A DNA stretch of 56,100 nt, from contig PCWQ01000013.1 of the NCBI GenBank assembly GCA_002787405.1, positions 1 through 56,100 on the forward strand. Reading direction: 5' to 3'. The translations under genes and the position numbers were made by a program. The notes beneath the pieces were generated by a model. That model had not been told where the DNA came from, ran no database searches, and was given only the letters and a program-made list of their open reading frames with translations. Below are positions 35,015-43,758 of the stretch, one piece after another. Position 1 is the first letter of the stretch. The number at the start of each line of letters is the position of its first letter. This DNA comes from Candidatus Komeilibacteria bacterium CG11_big_fil_rev_8_21_14_0_20_36_20. GTDB lineage: Bacteria > Patescibacteriota > Patescibacteriia > UBA1558 > GWA2-36-10.

Positions 35015-35068
35015 AGTATAAAGTGAAAAGTCTTCTTATTTCTTGCTTTCTACTTTTAACTTTATACT
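35015..35068 (-). repeat. Intercistronic 17-position hairpin (16 bp, one mismatch) between rpmJ and rpsM
   Basis: AGTATAAAGTGAAAAGT (35015-35031) pairs with ACTTTTAACTTTATACT (35052-35068), with a 20-nt loop. Confidence 0.6.
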
Positions 35069-35082
35069 CTCTACTCATTTAA

Positions 35083-35196
35083 TTATCCTTGTCTTTGTTT
35101 GTGCTTGGGATTTTTACAAATACAAACAACTTTATTATTTCTTCTAATAATTTTACAATCTTTGCATATCTTTTTAACCGAAGCTCTAACTTTCAT
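35083..35196 (-). CDS. rpmJ: 50S ribosomal protein L36
   Basis: Not in the ORF track (37 aa). Minus-strand translation is [37 protein letters not shown]. Confidence 0.9.
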   Translation of the reverse strand: MKVRASVKKICKDCKIIRRNNKVVCICKNPKHKQRQG

Positions 35197-35201
35197 CTAA
35201 A

Positions 35202-35438
35202 TTATTTTCTAAAAATTATTCGACCCTTGGTCATATCATAAGGACTCATTTCTACTGTTACTTTATCTCCTGGTAAAATTCTTATTTTATACATCCTCAT
35301 TCTACCGGATAAATGAGCCAAAATTTCAGGCCCATTATCTAAAATGACTTTAAAATAAGCATTAGGCAGGAGCTCCGTCACTTCTCCATCAAGCTCTAAA
35401 AACCCTTTTTTATTAACCTTTGACTCTATTTCACTCAT
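35202..35438 (-). CDS. infA: Translation initiation factor IF-1
   Basis: 78 aa from ATG 35438: ...[60 protein letters not shown]. The N-terminal extension in the ORF track is non-homologous. Confidence 0.9.
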   Translation of the reverse strand: MSEIESKVNKKGFLELDGEVTELLPNAYFKVILDNGPEILAHLSGRMRMYKIRILPGDKVTVEMSPYDMTKGRIIFRK

Positions 35439-35546
35439 TAATCTTATACAAAAAAAGAAAATCATTATATAACTAAAAGTTATATAAGAATTTCCTCTAA
35501 AAACATGAAAATATTCCGTTTTTTTTCTATAATTCAACGCTCCTAT

Positions 35547-35574
35547 ATTATACAGATTTTTATCTATTTGTCAA
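35547..35574 (-). promoter_or_regulatory. Promoter TTGACA-16-TATAAT for infA-rpmJ-rpsM...
   Basis: Minus strand reads TTGACAaatagataaaaatctgTATAAT, about 100 nt upstream of the infA ATG. Confidence 0.5.
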
Positions 35575-35596
35575 CAATTTTACTATGTTCAGTTGT

Positions 35597-36535
35597 TTAG
35601 AACACTATTTTTATCTCCTCTTGTAATTGAATACCGTATTTATCCCTTACTTTTTGTTTAATAAAACTAATCAACATAATAACCTCCTCTGCCGTGGCCG
35701 TTCCAGTATTGACAATATAATTAGCATGTTTTTTAGAAATCTTAGCCCCCCCCATTACCTTGCCTGGCAGGCCAGTCCGAGTAATTAAATAGGCCGCTGG
35801 TATTTTTTGATATTTCTTGAACTGCTCTATATCTAAACCCCTATCTTTTAAAGCTTGGAGATCAACACTCTGAAATAAAACATTTTTAAAAATACAGCCA
35901 GCCGAAGGTTTCTGAGGTTGAGTTTCCTGCCTATATTGCAATCTTTCTTGAATTAATTTTCTAGCAAGATCAACATCGCCTTTCTCCAACTCTAATTGCA
36001 CTTCTAAAATCAAAAAATTTTTTTCTTTAAAAATACTATGACGATAATCAAAATTAGCTTCTTTAGCTAACATTTCTTTAAATTGATCATCTGCTAAATC
36101 CATATATCTTATTCTCTTGACTACATCGCCTATTCCCCGACCATAGGTCCCAGCGTTCCCTCTAATTGCTCCGCCTACTGTTCCAGGAATACCGGCGACA
36201 AATTCTAAACCAGTTAAATTATTTTCCAAAGATTTATTTAATAAAAAAGACAAATCAACGCCTGCTCCAACTATTACTTGAGTGTCGTTAAAATCCAATC
36301 GCTGTAAATTAAGTTTGATAACCAAACCAGGAAAGCCCTCGTCCGAGATCAAACAATTACTACCACGACCGATGAATAGTATTTCTTTTTTATTCTGTTT
36401 AGCCCAAGACAAAGCTTCTGCCACCTCTTCAATTGTGTCTACTTCCACAAAATATTCAGCCGGCCCGCCGATTCTAAAAGTGGTGTAATCTTTTAAAGGA
36501 ATGTTTTGTTGTAGATTCATAATTTTTCTATCCAT
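35597..36535 (-). CDS. murB: UDP-N-acetylenolpyruvoylglucosamine reductase
   Basis: 312 aa. LKDYTTFRIGGPAEYF, GRGSNCL and GGAIRGNAG. An alternative start at ATG 36520 forms an ATGA overlap with the upstream stop. Confidence 0.9.
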   Translation of the reverse strand: MDRKIMNLQQNIPLKDYTTFRIGGPAEYFVEVDTIEEVAEALSWAKQNKKEILFIGRGSNCLISDEGFPGLVIKLNLQRLDFNDTQVIVGAGVDLSFLLNKSLENNLTGLEFVAGIPGTVGGAIRGNAGTYGRGIGDVVKRIRYMDLADDQFKEMLAKEANFDYRHSIFKEKNFLILEVQLELEKGDVDLARKLIQERLQYRQETQPQKPSAGCIFKNVLFQSVDLQALKDRGLDIEQFKKYQKIPAAYLITRTGLPGKVMGGAKISKKHANYIVNTGTATAEEVIMLISFIKQKVRDKYGIQLQEEIKIVF

Positions 36536-37281
36536 TTATCAAAAATGTCTTTAAATTCTTTAAGTTGTTTTTCTTCCCGAATAGTATGCTTAGCGCCCTT
36601 GATAATATGCAGTTCTTTTTGAGTCGCTAAATGATCAAATAATAATTTTTGACTGTCTAGACATTGATCATTTTCGCCGGTAATTAATAAAATTGGTATT
36701 TTGAGCTGACCTACTTGTGGTAAAACATCATACTGTAAAATATCCTGTTTAAATTGAAGCCATCTCATTTTTTTAACCACCCCCAGTTTAGAATGGCTTT
36801 CCTGAATAGCCCAGCCAGTCTTTTCCCACTCTGCCGTGTCCTCACTTTTAAAATCGTCCAAAGTGATTTTTCCAGAAACTACCGTAGAAATAGGCGCCAG
36901 AGCTTTGATTTCTTTAAAATACTTTAAAGCATATAAAATAATACAGATGCCGCCTAAACTATGCGCCGCCAGACAAAACGGCTCTTGATACCAAGTTTGC
37001 CCTTTACTCCATTTTATCACATCTTCCAAGTCTTCGTAATAATTAGTCAGATTGGCTTCTTCCATATTACCTTCACTCTCGCCGATAGTATGTGTAGTGT
37101 CAAATCTAATCGTGGTATAATCGCTATTATAAAAGGATTGAGCCATCAGCTCAATATGTTTTTGCTCCTTAAAACCACCAAAACCGTGCATAACAAAAGC
37201 CAACCCCCGACTATTTTTGACTTCATCAATTAAAACCGATATTTTTTTATTATCTCTATTTTTTATAAATGTTTTTTGCAT
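36517..37281 (-). CDS. Alpha/beta-fold serine hydrolase
   Basis: 254 aa. HGFGG, nucleophile elbow AHSLGG, GENDQ (Asp) and GAKHT (His). Confidence 0.75.
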   Translation of the reverse strand: MQKTFIKNRDNKKISVLIDEVKNSRGLAFVMHGFGGFKEQKHIELMAQSFYNSDYTTIRFDTTHTIGESEGNMEEANLTNYYEDLEDVIKWSKGQTWYQEPFCLAAHSLGGICIILYALKYFKEIKALAPISTVVSGKITLDDFKSEDTAEWEKTGWAIQESHSKLGVVKKMRWLQFKQDILQYDVLPQVGQLKIPILLITGENDQCLDSQKLLFDHLATQKELHIIKGAKHTIREEKQLKEFKDIFDKWIEKL

Positions 37282-37505
37282 AATTCTTTTTTTCTTTTAT
37301 TTATTTCTGCCTGAAATAATATTTGCGCTGTTTTTGTATAAAATTTATTATTTTTTAATCTAAAATTATAAAGATCTGACGGCAATATCTTATACTCTCT
37401 GGCATCACTGTAAAATTGCTCTTTGAAAGCATCTGACAGTTGATCAGCATCTATTAAAAATCTCTTACTTAATTTTTTTGGATTTTTAAATTTATGCGCC
37501 GGCAC
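37263..37505 (-). CDS. Hypothetical 80-aa ORF (GTG start), possibly the tail of a decayed gene
   Basis: The open frame continues upstream without an ATG as far as a TAG. No family recognised. Confidence 0.3.
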   Translation of the reverse strand: MPAHKFKNPKKLSKRFLIDADQLSDAFKEQFYSDAREYKILPSDLYNFRLKNNKFYTKTAQILFQAEINKRKKELCKKHL

Positions 37506-37594
37506 AATCTCAATAATCTCTCGAATTTGAGCATCGCTATAACGAACCTGTTTTAAAATTTTTTTAATAATCGCCGGAGCATATTGTTTTAAAC

Positions 37595-37732
37595 ATGCAT
37601 CCTATAAAATCTATTGTAAGTTTCTTCTGGAATTTCGAACATTTCGGCAATATTGCGATCGCAATCGGTGTGAGTTTGATTCTAATTGACATCACGCCAA
37701 AACTAAAGCGCGCTCTAATCCGAAAAGTATAA
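37595..37732 (+). CDS. Candidate 45-aa hydrophobic peptide (type I toxin-like), antisense to the surrounding operon
   Basis: Hand translation: MHPIKSIVSFFWNFEHFGNIAIAIGVSLILIDITPKLKRALIRKV. One TM-like helix plus a basic tail, followed by a plus-strand intrinsic terminator. An upstream GGAG can pair with a downstream CTCC. Below the 60-aa cut-off of the ORF track. Confidence 0.3.
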   Translation: MHPIKSIVSFFWNFEHFGNIAIAIGVSLILIDITPKLKRALIRKV

Positions 37733-37751
37733 TTCCATATCCCTCCGGAAA

Positions 37752-37783
37752 GCTGCTGAATCATCAGCGGCTTTTTTATTTTA
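37752..37783 (+). terminator. Rho-independent terminator oriented for the plus strand
   Basis: GCTGCTGA-ATCA-TCAGCGGC (8-bp stem; the T-G wobble is valid only on the plus strand) followed by TTTTTTATTTT. It overlaps the murC stop region. Confidence 0.55.
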
Positions 37784-39140
37784 CCATTTCTCTGGCTAAA
37801 TTATCTATATCTCCGGCGCCGATAAAAAGCAGAATGGAGTCCACCGGATTGATTCTGCGAATAATTCTTTTCACTTCTTTAAAATCTTTGGCATAATGAG
37901 CTTGCGAATTATCCATGGCTAAAACTAAATCATAACTGCTGATTTTTTCCTGTTTTCTGTCTTCACGACCGCTGACTTTATAAATCTCTGAAACAATAAT
38001 CTGATCAGCCAAAGTAAAACTTTTGGCAAATTGTTTTAATAACGTCTTGGTGCGGTTATGATGATGTGGTTGAAAAACAGCAATCACTTGTTTATCAGGA
38101 TAAAAACTCTTAACGGCTTTAAGTAATCCTCTGATGGAATCGGGATGATGGGCGTAATCGGAGATAATAATATTGCTTTTAAACTGCCCAACTTTTTCAA
38201 AACGCCGCCAAGTGTCTTGGAATGAGTTCAAGCTGTTCCAAATCTGATGCTTGTTAATACCCATATAATCAGCCACCGTAATGCTCGCCAAGGCATTGTA
38301 AATATTGTATTCTCCTGGAATCTGTAAAGTAAAATTAGCTAATACTTTATCTTTTTTATAAATATCAAAATGTTGCTGATAGTCATTAATAATTATTTTT
38401 TTAAAAGCATAATCAGCTTTGCCTCTACCAAAAGTAATTGACCGACCGGCGAATCTAAAATCATAGCTATTTTTATCATCCGAATTTTTTATTAAAATTC
38501 CGTCTGATGGCAACTGATCAATAAATTTTTGAAAATGTTTTTTTATGTCGGCCAAATTTTTATAAAAATCCAGATGATCCTCAGCCACATTGGTCAAAAC
38601 AATGATCTGTGGTTTAATTTCCAACATATGGGCCCGCCATTCGCAGGCTTCCACCACCAAAATATCCGAACTACCCAGACGAAAATTACTCTTCCATTGA
38701 GGTACTAGGCTGCCAACAATCACTGTCGGATCTAGTCCAGCTTTCTCTAAGGTTAGACCAATCATCGCTGTCGTGGTTGTTTTGCCATTAGTACCGGCCA
38801 CGGCGATAGTCTTATATTTCTTACTTAATTCTCCTAAGAATTGAAAATAGCTTAAAATTTTTATTTTTAATTCTTTGGCTCTCACTAATTCTGGATGATC
38901 GTCCGGCAAAGCCGAAGAATAGATAAACAAATCCAAATCAGCGGAAATATTTGAGCTCTTTTGTTCAAAATGAATATCAATATTTTGATCCAAAAGACGT
39001 TTAGTCACTTCTGATTTTTCTAAATCAGACCCCTCTACTTCCTTACCTAAATTTAAAAAATAATAAGCAATCGCCGAAAGACCAATGCCTCCAATGCCAG
39101 CTAAATATACTTTATTGATGTTTTTTATATCTAAATTCAT
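37776..39140 (-). CDS. murC: UDP-N-acetylmuramate--L-alanine ligase
   Basis: 454 aa. GIGGIGLSAIA and GTNGKTTTT. Confidence 0.95.
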   Translation of the reverse strand: MNLDIKNINKVYLAGIGGIGLSAIAYYFLNLGKEVEGSDLEKSEVTKRLLDQNIDIHFEQKSSNISADLDLFIYSSALPDDHPELVRAKELKIKILSYFQFLGELSKKYKTIAVAGTNGKTTTTAMIGLTLEKAGLDPTVIVGSLVPQWKSNFRLGSSDILVVEACEWRAHMLEIKPQIIVLTNVAEDHLDFYKNLADIKKHFQKFIDQLPSDGILIKNSDDKNSYDFRFAGRSITFGRGKADYAFKKIIINDYQQHFDIYKKDKVLANFTLQIPGEYNIYNALASITVADYMGINKHQIWNSLNSFQDTWRRFEKVGQFKSNIIISDYAHHPDSIRGLLKAVKSFYPDKQVIAVFQPHHHNRTKTLLKQFAKSFTLADQIIVSEIYKVSGREDRKQEKISSYDLVLAMDNSQAHYAKDFKEVKRIIRRINPVDSILLFIGAGDIDNLAREMVK

Positions 39141-40162
39141 TTTTTATTCACAACTTCATTAATCACTTTAATATACTTTTTAACTGCGTTTTTAGGAAAT
39201 AAATTATAAAGATTATCCGCTAAAACCTCTCTTAAATTATTATTTTCCATTAATTTTTCTAAATAACGTTCCATAATCTGACGTGAACCCTCTTTAACTA
39301 TTAAAGCCGCATTATTTTTAGCAAAAAAAGCGGCATTTTTCTCCTGGTGACTATCGGGCAAAGGAACTAAAACTAATGACTTTCGTAAATTGGCTACTTC
39401 TGTAATCAGCGACATCCCAGCTCGGGAAATAATAATATCAGCTTTAGCCAACAACTCTATCATTCCGCCAACAATCCTCTGATAAGGATAATAATTTTGC
39501 AAATTAAGTTTTTGATCAATATTACTATTGCCTAAGATATGGTGTACCTCGTATTGTTTAGTTAGTAAAGGAACAAGAGGGGCAATAAATTGATTTAAAC
39601 CGCGCGCACCCAATCCCCCACCGGTAATTACTACGATCGGCTTTCCTTCAATTTTTTTATCTAAACTTCTAACCGGATTACCAGTAACCACTGTTTTATC
39701 TTTCTTGAAATTATTTTTTAAAATCGGAAAACTAACAGTAATTCTTTTAACAAAAGGGGCCATCAATTTATTGGCTAGGCCAACTTCTATATCTTGTTGA
39801 TGAACAATGGCCGGAATTTTTAAAAGCCAACCAGCCCAAACCACCGGCACAGCCACAAAACTTCCGGCTGTTAAAATAACATCCGGTTTAAATTTTAAAA
39901 GTATTCTCACACTTTGCCAGAAAGCCCACTTAATTTTAAAAAAATCAAAAAAATTCTGCCAAGAAAAATAACGACGCAGCTTACCACTGGCAATGCTAAC
40001 AGCATTAATATTGTAAGAGGCGATAAAATCTTCTTCTGGGCCGTATTTACTTTTAATGAACAAATAATTCGCCGGATATTGACGAGCAATAGCTAATAAG
40101 GGACTAATTGAACCCAATGTCCCGCCTCCGGCTAAAACTATTTTAATTCTTTTATCTTCCAT
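39137..40162 (-). CDS. murG: Undecaprenyl-PP-MurNAc-pentapeptide UDP-GlcNAc transferase
   Basis: 341 aa. LAGGGTLGSISPLLAI and C-terminal GT28 domain. Confidence 0.9.
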   Translation of the reverse strand: MEDKRIKIVLAGGGTLGSISPLLAIARQYPANYLFIKSKYGPEEDFIASYNINAVSIASGKLRRYFSWQNFFDFFKIKWAFWQSVRILLKFKPDVILTAGSFVAVPVVWAGWLLKIPAIVHQQDIEVGLANKLMAPFVKRITVSFPILKNNFKKDKTVVTGNPVRSLDKKIEGKPIVVITGGGLGARGLNQFIAPLVPLLTKQYEVHHILGNSNIDQKLNLQNYYPYQRIVGGMIELLAKADIIISRAGMSLITEVANLRKSLVLVPLPDSHQEKNAAFFAKNNAALIVKEGSRQIMERYLEKLMENNNLREVLADNLYNLFPKNAVKKYIKVINEVVNKK

Positions 40163-40164
40163 TA

Positions 40165-41322
40165 TTATCGCTGGTTAGTAAATCGGGAAATATTAGCTAA
40201 AATACCGATACTAACTAAAGTAACAACTAAATTAGAGCCCCCTAAAGAAACAAAGGACAAAGGCACGCCAGTTAAAGGTAAAAGTTGAATAATACCGGCA
40301 ATATTAATAAAAATTTGGGTGGAAAGCCAAACTGTAATACCTAAAGCCGTCAGTTTGGCGAAATTATCCGGTGCATTTCTAATAATATAAAAACCCCGCA
40401 TCATCAAAATAACAAATAAAGCCAAAAAACACAAAGTAAAGATAAAACCAATTTCCTCAGCAATAATTGCAAAAATAGAGTCGTTAGCCGGCATAGGCAA
40501 ATAAGATTTTTGTCGGGAATCTCCCAATCCCAACCCCAGCCAGCCACCTGAACCAACGGCAATTAAAGACTGCTTAATCTGCCAGCCAATACCACGCGGA
40601 TCAATATCCGGATTTAACCAAGCCGTGAAACGACTTAAACGATAAGGAGCGGCTTTAATCAACACTAATAACCCGGCTAAACCGACGCTAATAATCGCCG
40701 CCAAGTGTGACCATTTAGCTCCTGAGGCAAAAAACATAGCCAGAGCTATCAAAGCTATGATTATCAAAGTACCAATGTCAGGCTGTTTAATTATTAAAAC
40801 ACTAATAATAGACAAGATTATCACGAAAGGAAGCGTACCAGTTTTAAAATTTTTTATTCGATTACCTTTTTTACTTAACCAGTCGGCTAAAAACAAAATA
40901 AAAAATAATTTAACAAACTCACTGGGTTGAAAAGAAATTCCTCCTAAATTAATCCAGGAAGTGGCGGTGCCGTACTGATTGCCTAAATTAGTAAAGACAA
41001 CTAGAAGCAACAATATAAGCGAAACAATCAGAAATAAATAAGCCAATTTTTCATAAACCTTATAATTGATTCTCAGAGCTATATAGAATAACAACAACCC
41101 AGGTAAAATTCCATGCAACAGTTGCTGTTTAACAAAAAAATAAGTATCATGATGCTTACCGAAAGCTAAAGTGGAAGAAGCGGAAGATAAAAATAAGAGT
41201 CCAAAAAATAATAAAAATCCAACCACCACTAGCAGAACTAGATCCGGTTGATTGCCAAACCCCCTCCCCCAAAAAGGACGGGCTAGCCAAGCAATAAAAT
41301 TATTTTTTCTTTTTCTGATCAT
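40165..41322 (-). CDS. ftsW: SEDS-family peptidoglycan polymerase FtsW/RodA
   Basis: Polytopic. QPSEFVKL, GTLII and PLTGVPLSFVSLGGSN. Start set at ATG 41322; the ORF-track extension overlaps murD. Confidence 0.85.
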   Translation of the reverse strand: MIRKRKNNFIAWLARPFWGRGFGNQPDLVLLVVVGFLLFFGLLFLSSASSTLAFGKHHDTYFFVKQQLLHGILPGLLLFYIALRINYKVYEKLAYLFLIVSLILLLLVVFTNLGNQYGTATSWINLGGISFQPSEFVKLFFILFLADWLSKKGNRIKNFKTGTLPFVIILSIISVLIIKQPDIGTLIIIALIALAMFFASGAKWSHLAAIISVGLAGLLVLIKAAPYRLSRFTAWLNPDIDPRGIGWQIKQSLIAVGSGGWLGLGLGDSRQKSYLPMPANDSIFAIIAEEIGFIFTLCFLALFVILMMRGFYIIRNAPDNFAKLTALGITVWLSTQIFINIAGIIQLLPLTGVPLSFVSLGGSNLVVTLVSIGILANISRFTNQR

Positions 41323-42712
41323 AGAACAACTTGTCAAATAATCTGGCTCTCTCAAATTCGTTGACAAACATATTAAAACTGGCGGCTGCCGGTGAAAATA
41401 ATAAACATTGATCATACGACCCGGCTGATTTTAAAGCTAATGACCAAGCTTTTTCCAATGTATTAATATTGATTATCATTTTCTGAGAAGGATATTCAAC
41501 TTTTTTCAATTCTTTAATTAACTTTTGACTGGCGCTACCGGAAAGTAAAAATAACTTACTAACCTTCTTTTTTATCTGTTTAGCCAATTGATAATAATCC
41601 AATTTTTTATCTTCACCGCCGGCAATTAAAATTACCGATGATTTTTTAAAAGCATTTAAAGCGGCTAAAGTGGCATCCGGCGTGGTGGAGGTAGCGTCAT
41701 TAAAAACAGCCAAATTTTTTAGGTGCCCCTTATACTGCAAACGATACTCTAGGCCATGAAATCGACCGACTGCCCGTTTAATATTGTGATTACTAATCCC
41801 CACAAGTTTAGCAACTGTTACGGCTGCCAAAACATTGGCTAAATTATGTTGACCGAGTAATTTAACATCATCAACCGGCATTATCTTTTCTTTTCTTTTC
41901 TTGTCAAAAAAATAAACCCAACCATCAGCTAAATAGCTACCTCTGATTTTTGATTTTAAGGAAAAAAAATAAACTTTGGCTTTAGCCTTTTTAGAAAACT
42001 GTTTAGTGAATTTATTATCAGCATTTAAGACTACGTAGTCACCTTTTTTCTGGTGCTGAACTATAGCCTGCTTAGAATTTTTATATTCATTAAAATTTTT
42101 ATATCTATTTAAATGATCATTTAAAACATTGGTAACCACAGCAATCTGTGGAGAAATTTTATAATCCCGCAAACCCTCCAGATGCCAGCTGGATAATTCT
42201 AGTACCGGCCAACTCCAGAGAGATAATTTATCCAAAACGTTCAACATCGGATTGGTGGCAATATTGCCAGCAATAACGTTGTTTTTAATTTTTGTTTTCA
42301 AAATATGATGAATCAAAGTAGAAGTAGTCGACTTACCTCTAGTGCCTGTCACTCCAATTACTTTTCCCAGATATAGCCCAAAAAATAAAACAGCTTCATT
42401 GATGATTGGAATACCCAAACTTCTAGCTTTAGTTAAATATTGAGAATTGGCTGGCACGCCTGGATTTTGAATAATCAAATCCTGCTTAATAAAATCGTCC
42501 ATTTTGTGCTGACCTAAAGTATATTTAATGGTAGAAGAATGGGGCGCTTGTTTTAATTTATCCAAACTCATTTTTAATTCTTTGGCGTTTTTTAAATCAG
42601 TTACCGTCAAAAGAGCTTGTTTTTTTAAAAGCCATTTGACCACTGCTGCTGCTCCACCGTGCAACCCCAGACCCATCACTAAAATTTTCTTATTCTTAAA
42701 ATTATTTACCAT
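41300..42712 (-). CDS. murD: UDP-N-acetylmuramoylalanine--D-glutamate ligase
   Basis: 470 aa. GLGLHGGAAA and GVTGTRGKSTT. Confidence 0.9.
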   Translation of the reverse strand: MVNNFKNKKILVMGLGLHGGAAAVVKWLLKKQALLTVTDLKNAKELKMSLDKLKQAPHSSTIKYTLGQHKMDDFIKQDLIIQNPGVPANSQYLTKARSLGIPIINEAVLFFGLYLGKVIGVTGTRGKSTTSTLIHHILKTKIKNNVIAGNIATNPMLNVLDKLSLWSWPVLELSSWHLEGLRDYKISPQIAVVTNVLNDHLNRYKNFNEYKNSKQAIVQHQKKGDYVVLNADNKFTKQFSKKAKAKVYFFSLKSKIRGSYLADGWVYFFDKKRKEKIMPVDDVKLLGQHNLANVLAAVTVAKLVGISNHNIKRAVGRFHGLEYRLQYKGHLKNLAVFNDATSTTPDATLAALNAFKKSSVILIAGGEDKKLDYYQLAKQIKKKVSKLFLLSGSASQKLIKELKKVEYPSQKMIININTLEKAWSLALKSAGSYDQCLLFSPAAASFNMFVNEFERARLFDKLFYDQKKKK

Positions 42713-43758
42713 AAGCGCAAATCAATGATAGCGATAATCAAACCAAGAACTGCAAAAACACCAGAAATAATCCAAAAACGCATAACTACTTTCGTTTCTG
42801 ACCATCCCTTGGCTTCAAAATGATGATGAATCGGCGCTGACAAAAATACTTTCTTATGCCTGATTTTTTTGGAAATTATTTGAACAATCACTGATAAAGA
42901 TTCCAACATCAACAAAAAACCAATAATCGGTAAAAGCAAAGAATAACCAGTTAAGGTAGCGACAATACCTAGGGCAATCCCTAAAGACATTGCCCCCGTA
43001 TCACCCATGAAGAATCTGGCCGGATTAATATTGAACCATAAGAAAGCAAGGAGAGCCCCCATAATCACTCCACAAAAACTGGCTAAATTATAATTTCCTT
43101 GAACAAAAGCAATGGTGCCAAAAGCGCCAAAAGCAGTCAGAACAATACCACCAGCCAACCCGTCTAAACCGTCAGTTTCATTAACTGAAAAAGCAGTGGC
43201 CACAATAATAAAAATGAAATAAGGAATAAACCACCAGCCCAAATTAAACAATCCAACAAAAGGAACTCTGACTACGTCCCATTCCAGTTTAAAATAAAAC
43301 CACCAAGCGCCAAAGATAGCGATTAAAGTATAAATAAGCAAACGATGCTTAACGGTTAGTCCTCCACCCTTGCCGCCACCCTGACGAGTAACATTAAACC
43401 AGTCGTCCAAAAGTCCGACTAAAGCGGAAGCCACTAAAGCTCCAAGCGGCAAATAAGTTTCCGCCCGAGTAATAAAATTAAAATTACTAAAAAAAGAATC
43501 TGGCCACAACTTACTCACCCACAAAAAAGCCAAAGCCAGAATCAAAACTGTCAACCAAATTAACACTCCCCCCATGGTCGGCGTGCCTGATTTTTTCTTA
43601 TGCATGCGCGAAAAAACCGGAGTATGCCCTTCGTTGCGGATACTTTTAACTAATTTATACTTATACAAAAAATGAGTCCAGAAAGGAGTCAAAATAATTG
43701 CCAGAACAAAGGCCAAGGTGGTTAAAGAAAGAGTTTTAATAATTTCTAAATCAGGCAT
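42706..43758 (-). CDS. mraY: Phospho-N-acetylmuramoyl-pentapeptide transferase
   Basis: 350 aa. GTPTMGG, NETDGLDGLA and PIHHHFE. Confidence 0.95.
   Translation of the reverse strand: MPDLEIIKTLSLTTLAFVLAIILTPFWTHFLYKYKLVKSIRNEGHTPVFSRMHKKKSGTPTMGGVLIWLTVLILALAFLWVSKLWPDSFFSNFNFITRAETYLPLGALVASALVGLLDDWFNVTRQGGGKGGGLTVKHRLLIYTLIAIFGAWWFYFKLEWDVVRVPFVGLFNLGWWFIPYFIFIIVATAFSVNETDGLDGLAGGIVLTAFGAFGTIAFVQGNYNLASFCGVIMGALLAFLWFNINPARFFMGDTGAMSLGIALGIVATLTGYSLLLPIIGFLLMLESLSVIVQIISKKIRHKKVFLSAPIHHHFEAKGWSETKVVMRFWIISGVFAVLGLIIAIIDLRLW

Noticed and set aside
35439-35537. N-terminal extension of infA to 111 aa
   Set aside because: IF-1 homology starts at MSEIESK (ATG 35438). The extension is hydrophobic junk and would swallow the leader hairpin.
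37564-37764. Minus-strand 66-aa ORF (MIQQLSGGIWNYTFRIRARF...)
   Set aside because: The composition is not protein-like. There is no RBS or promoter. It overlaps the structured region and the better-supported plus-strand small ORF and terminator.
41323-41415. N-terminal extension of ftsW
   Set aside because: It overlaps the murD 3' end by 116 nt. The internal ATG 41322 gives the usual basic N-terminus before TM1.
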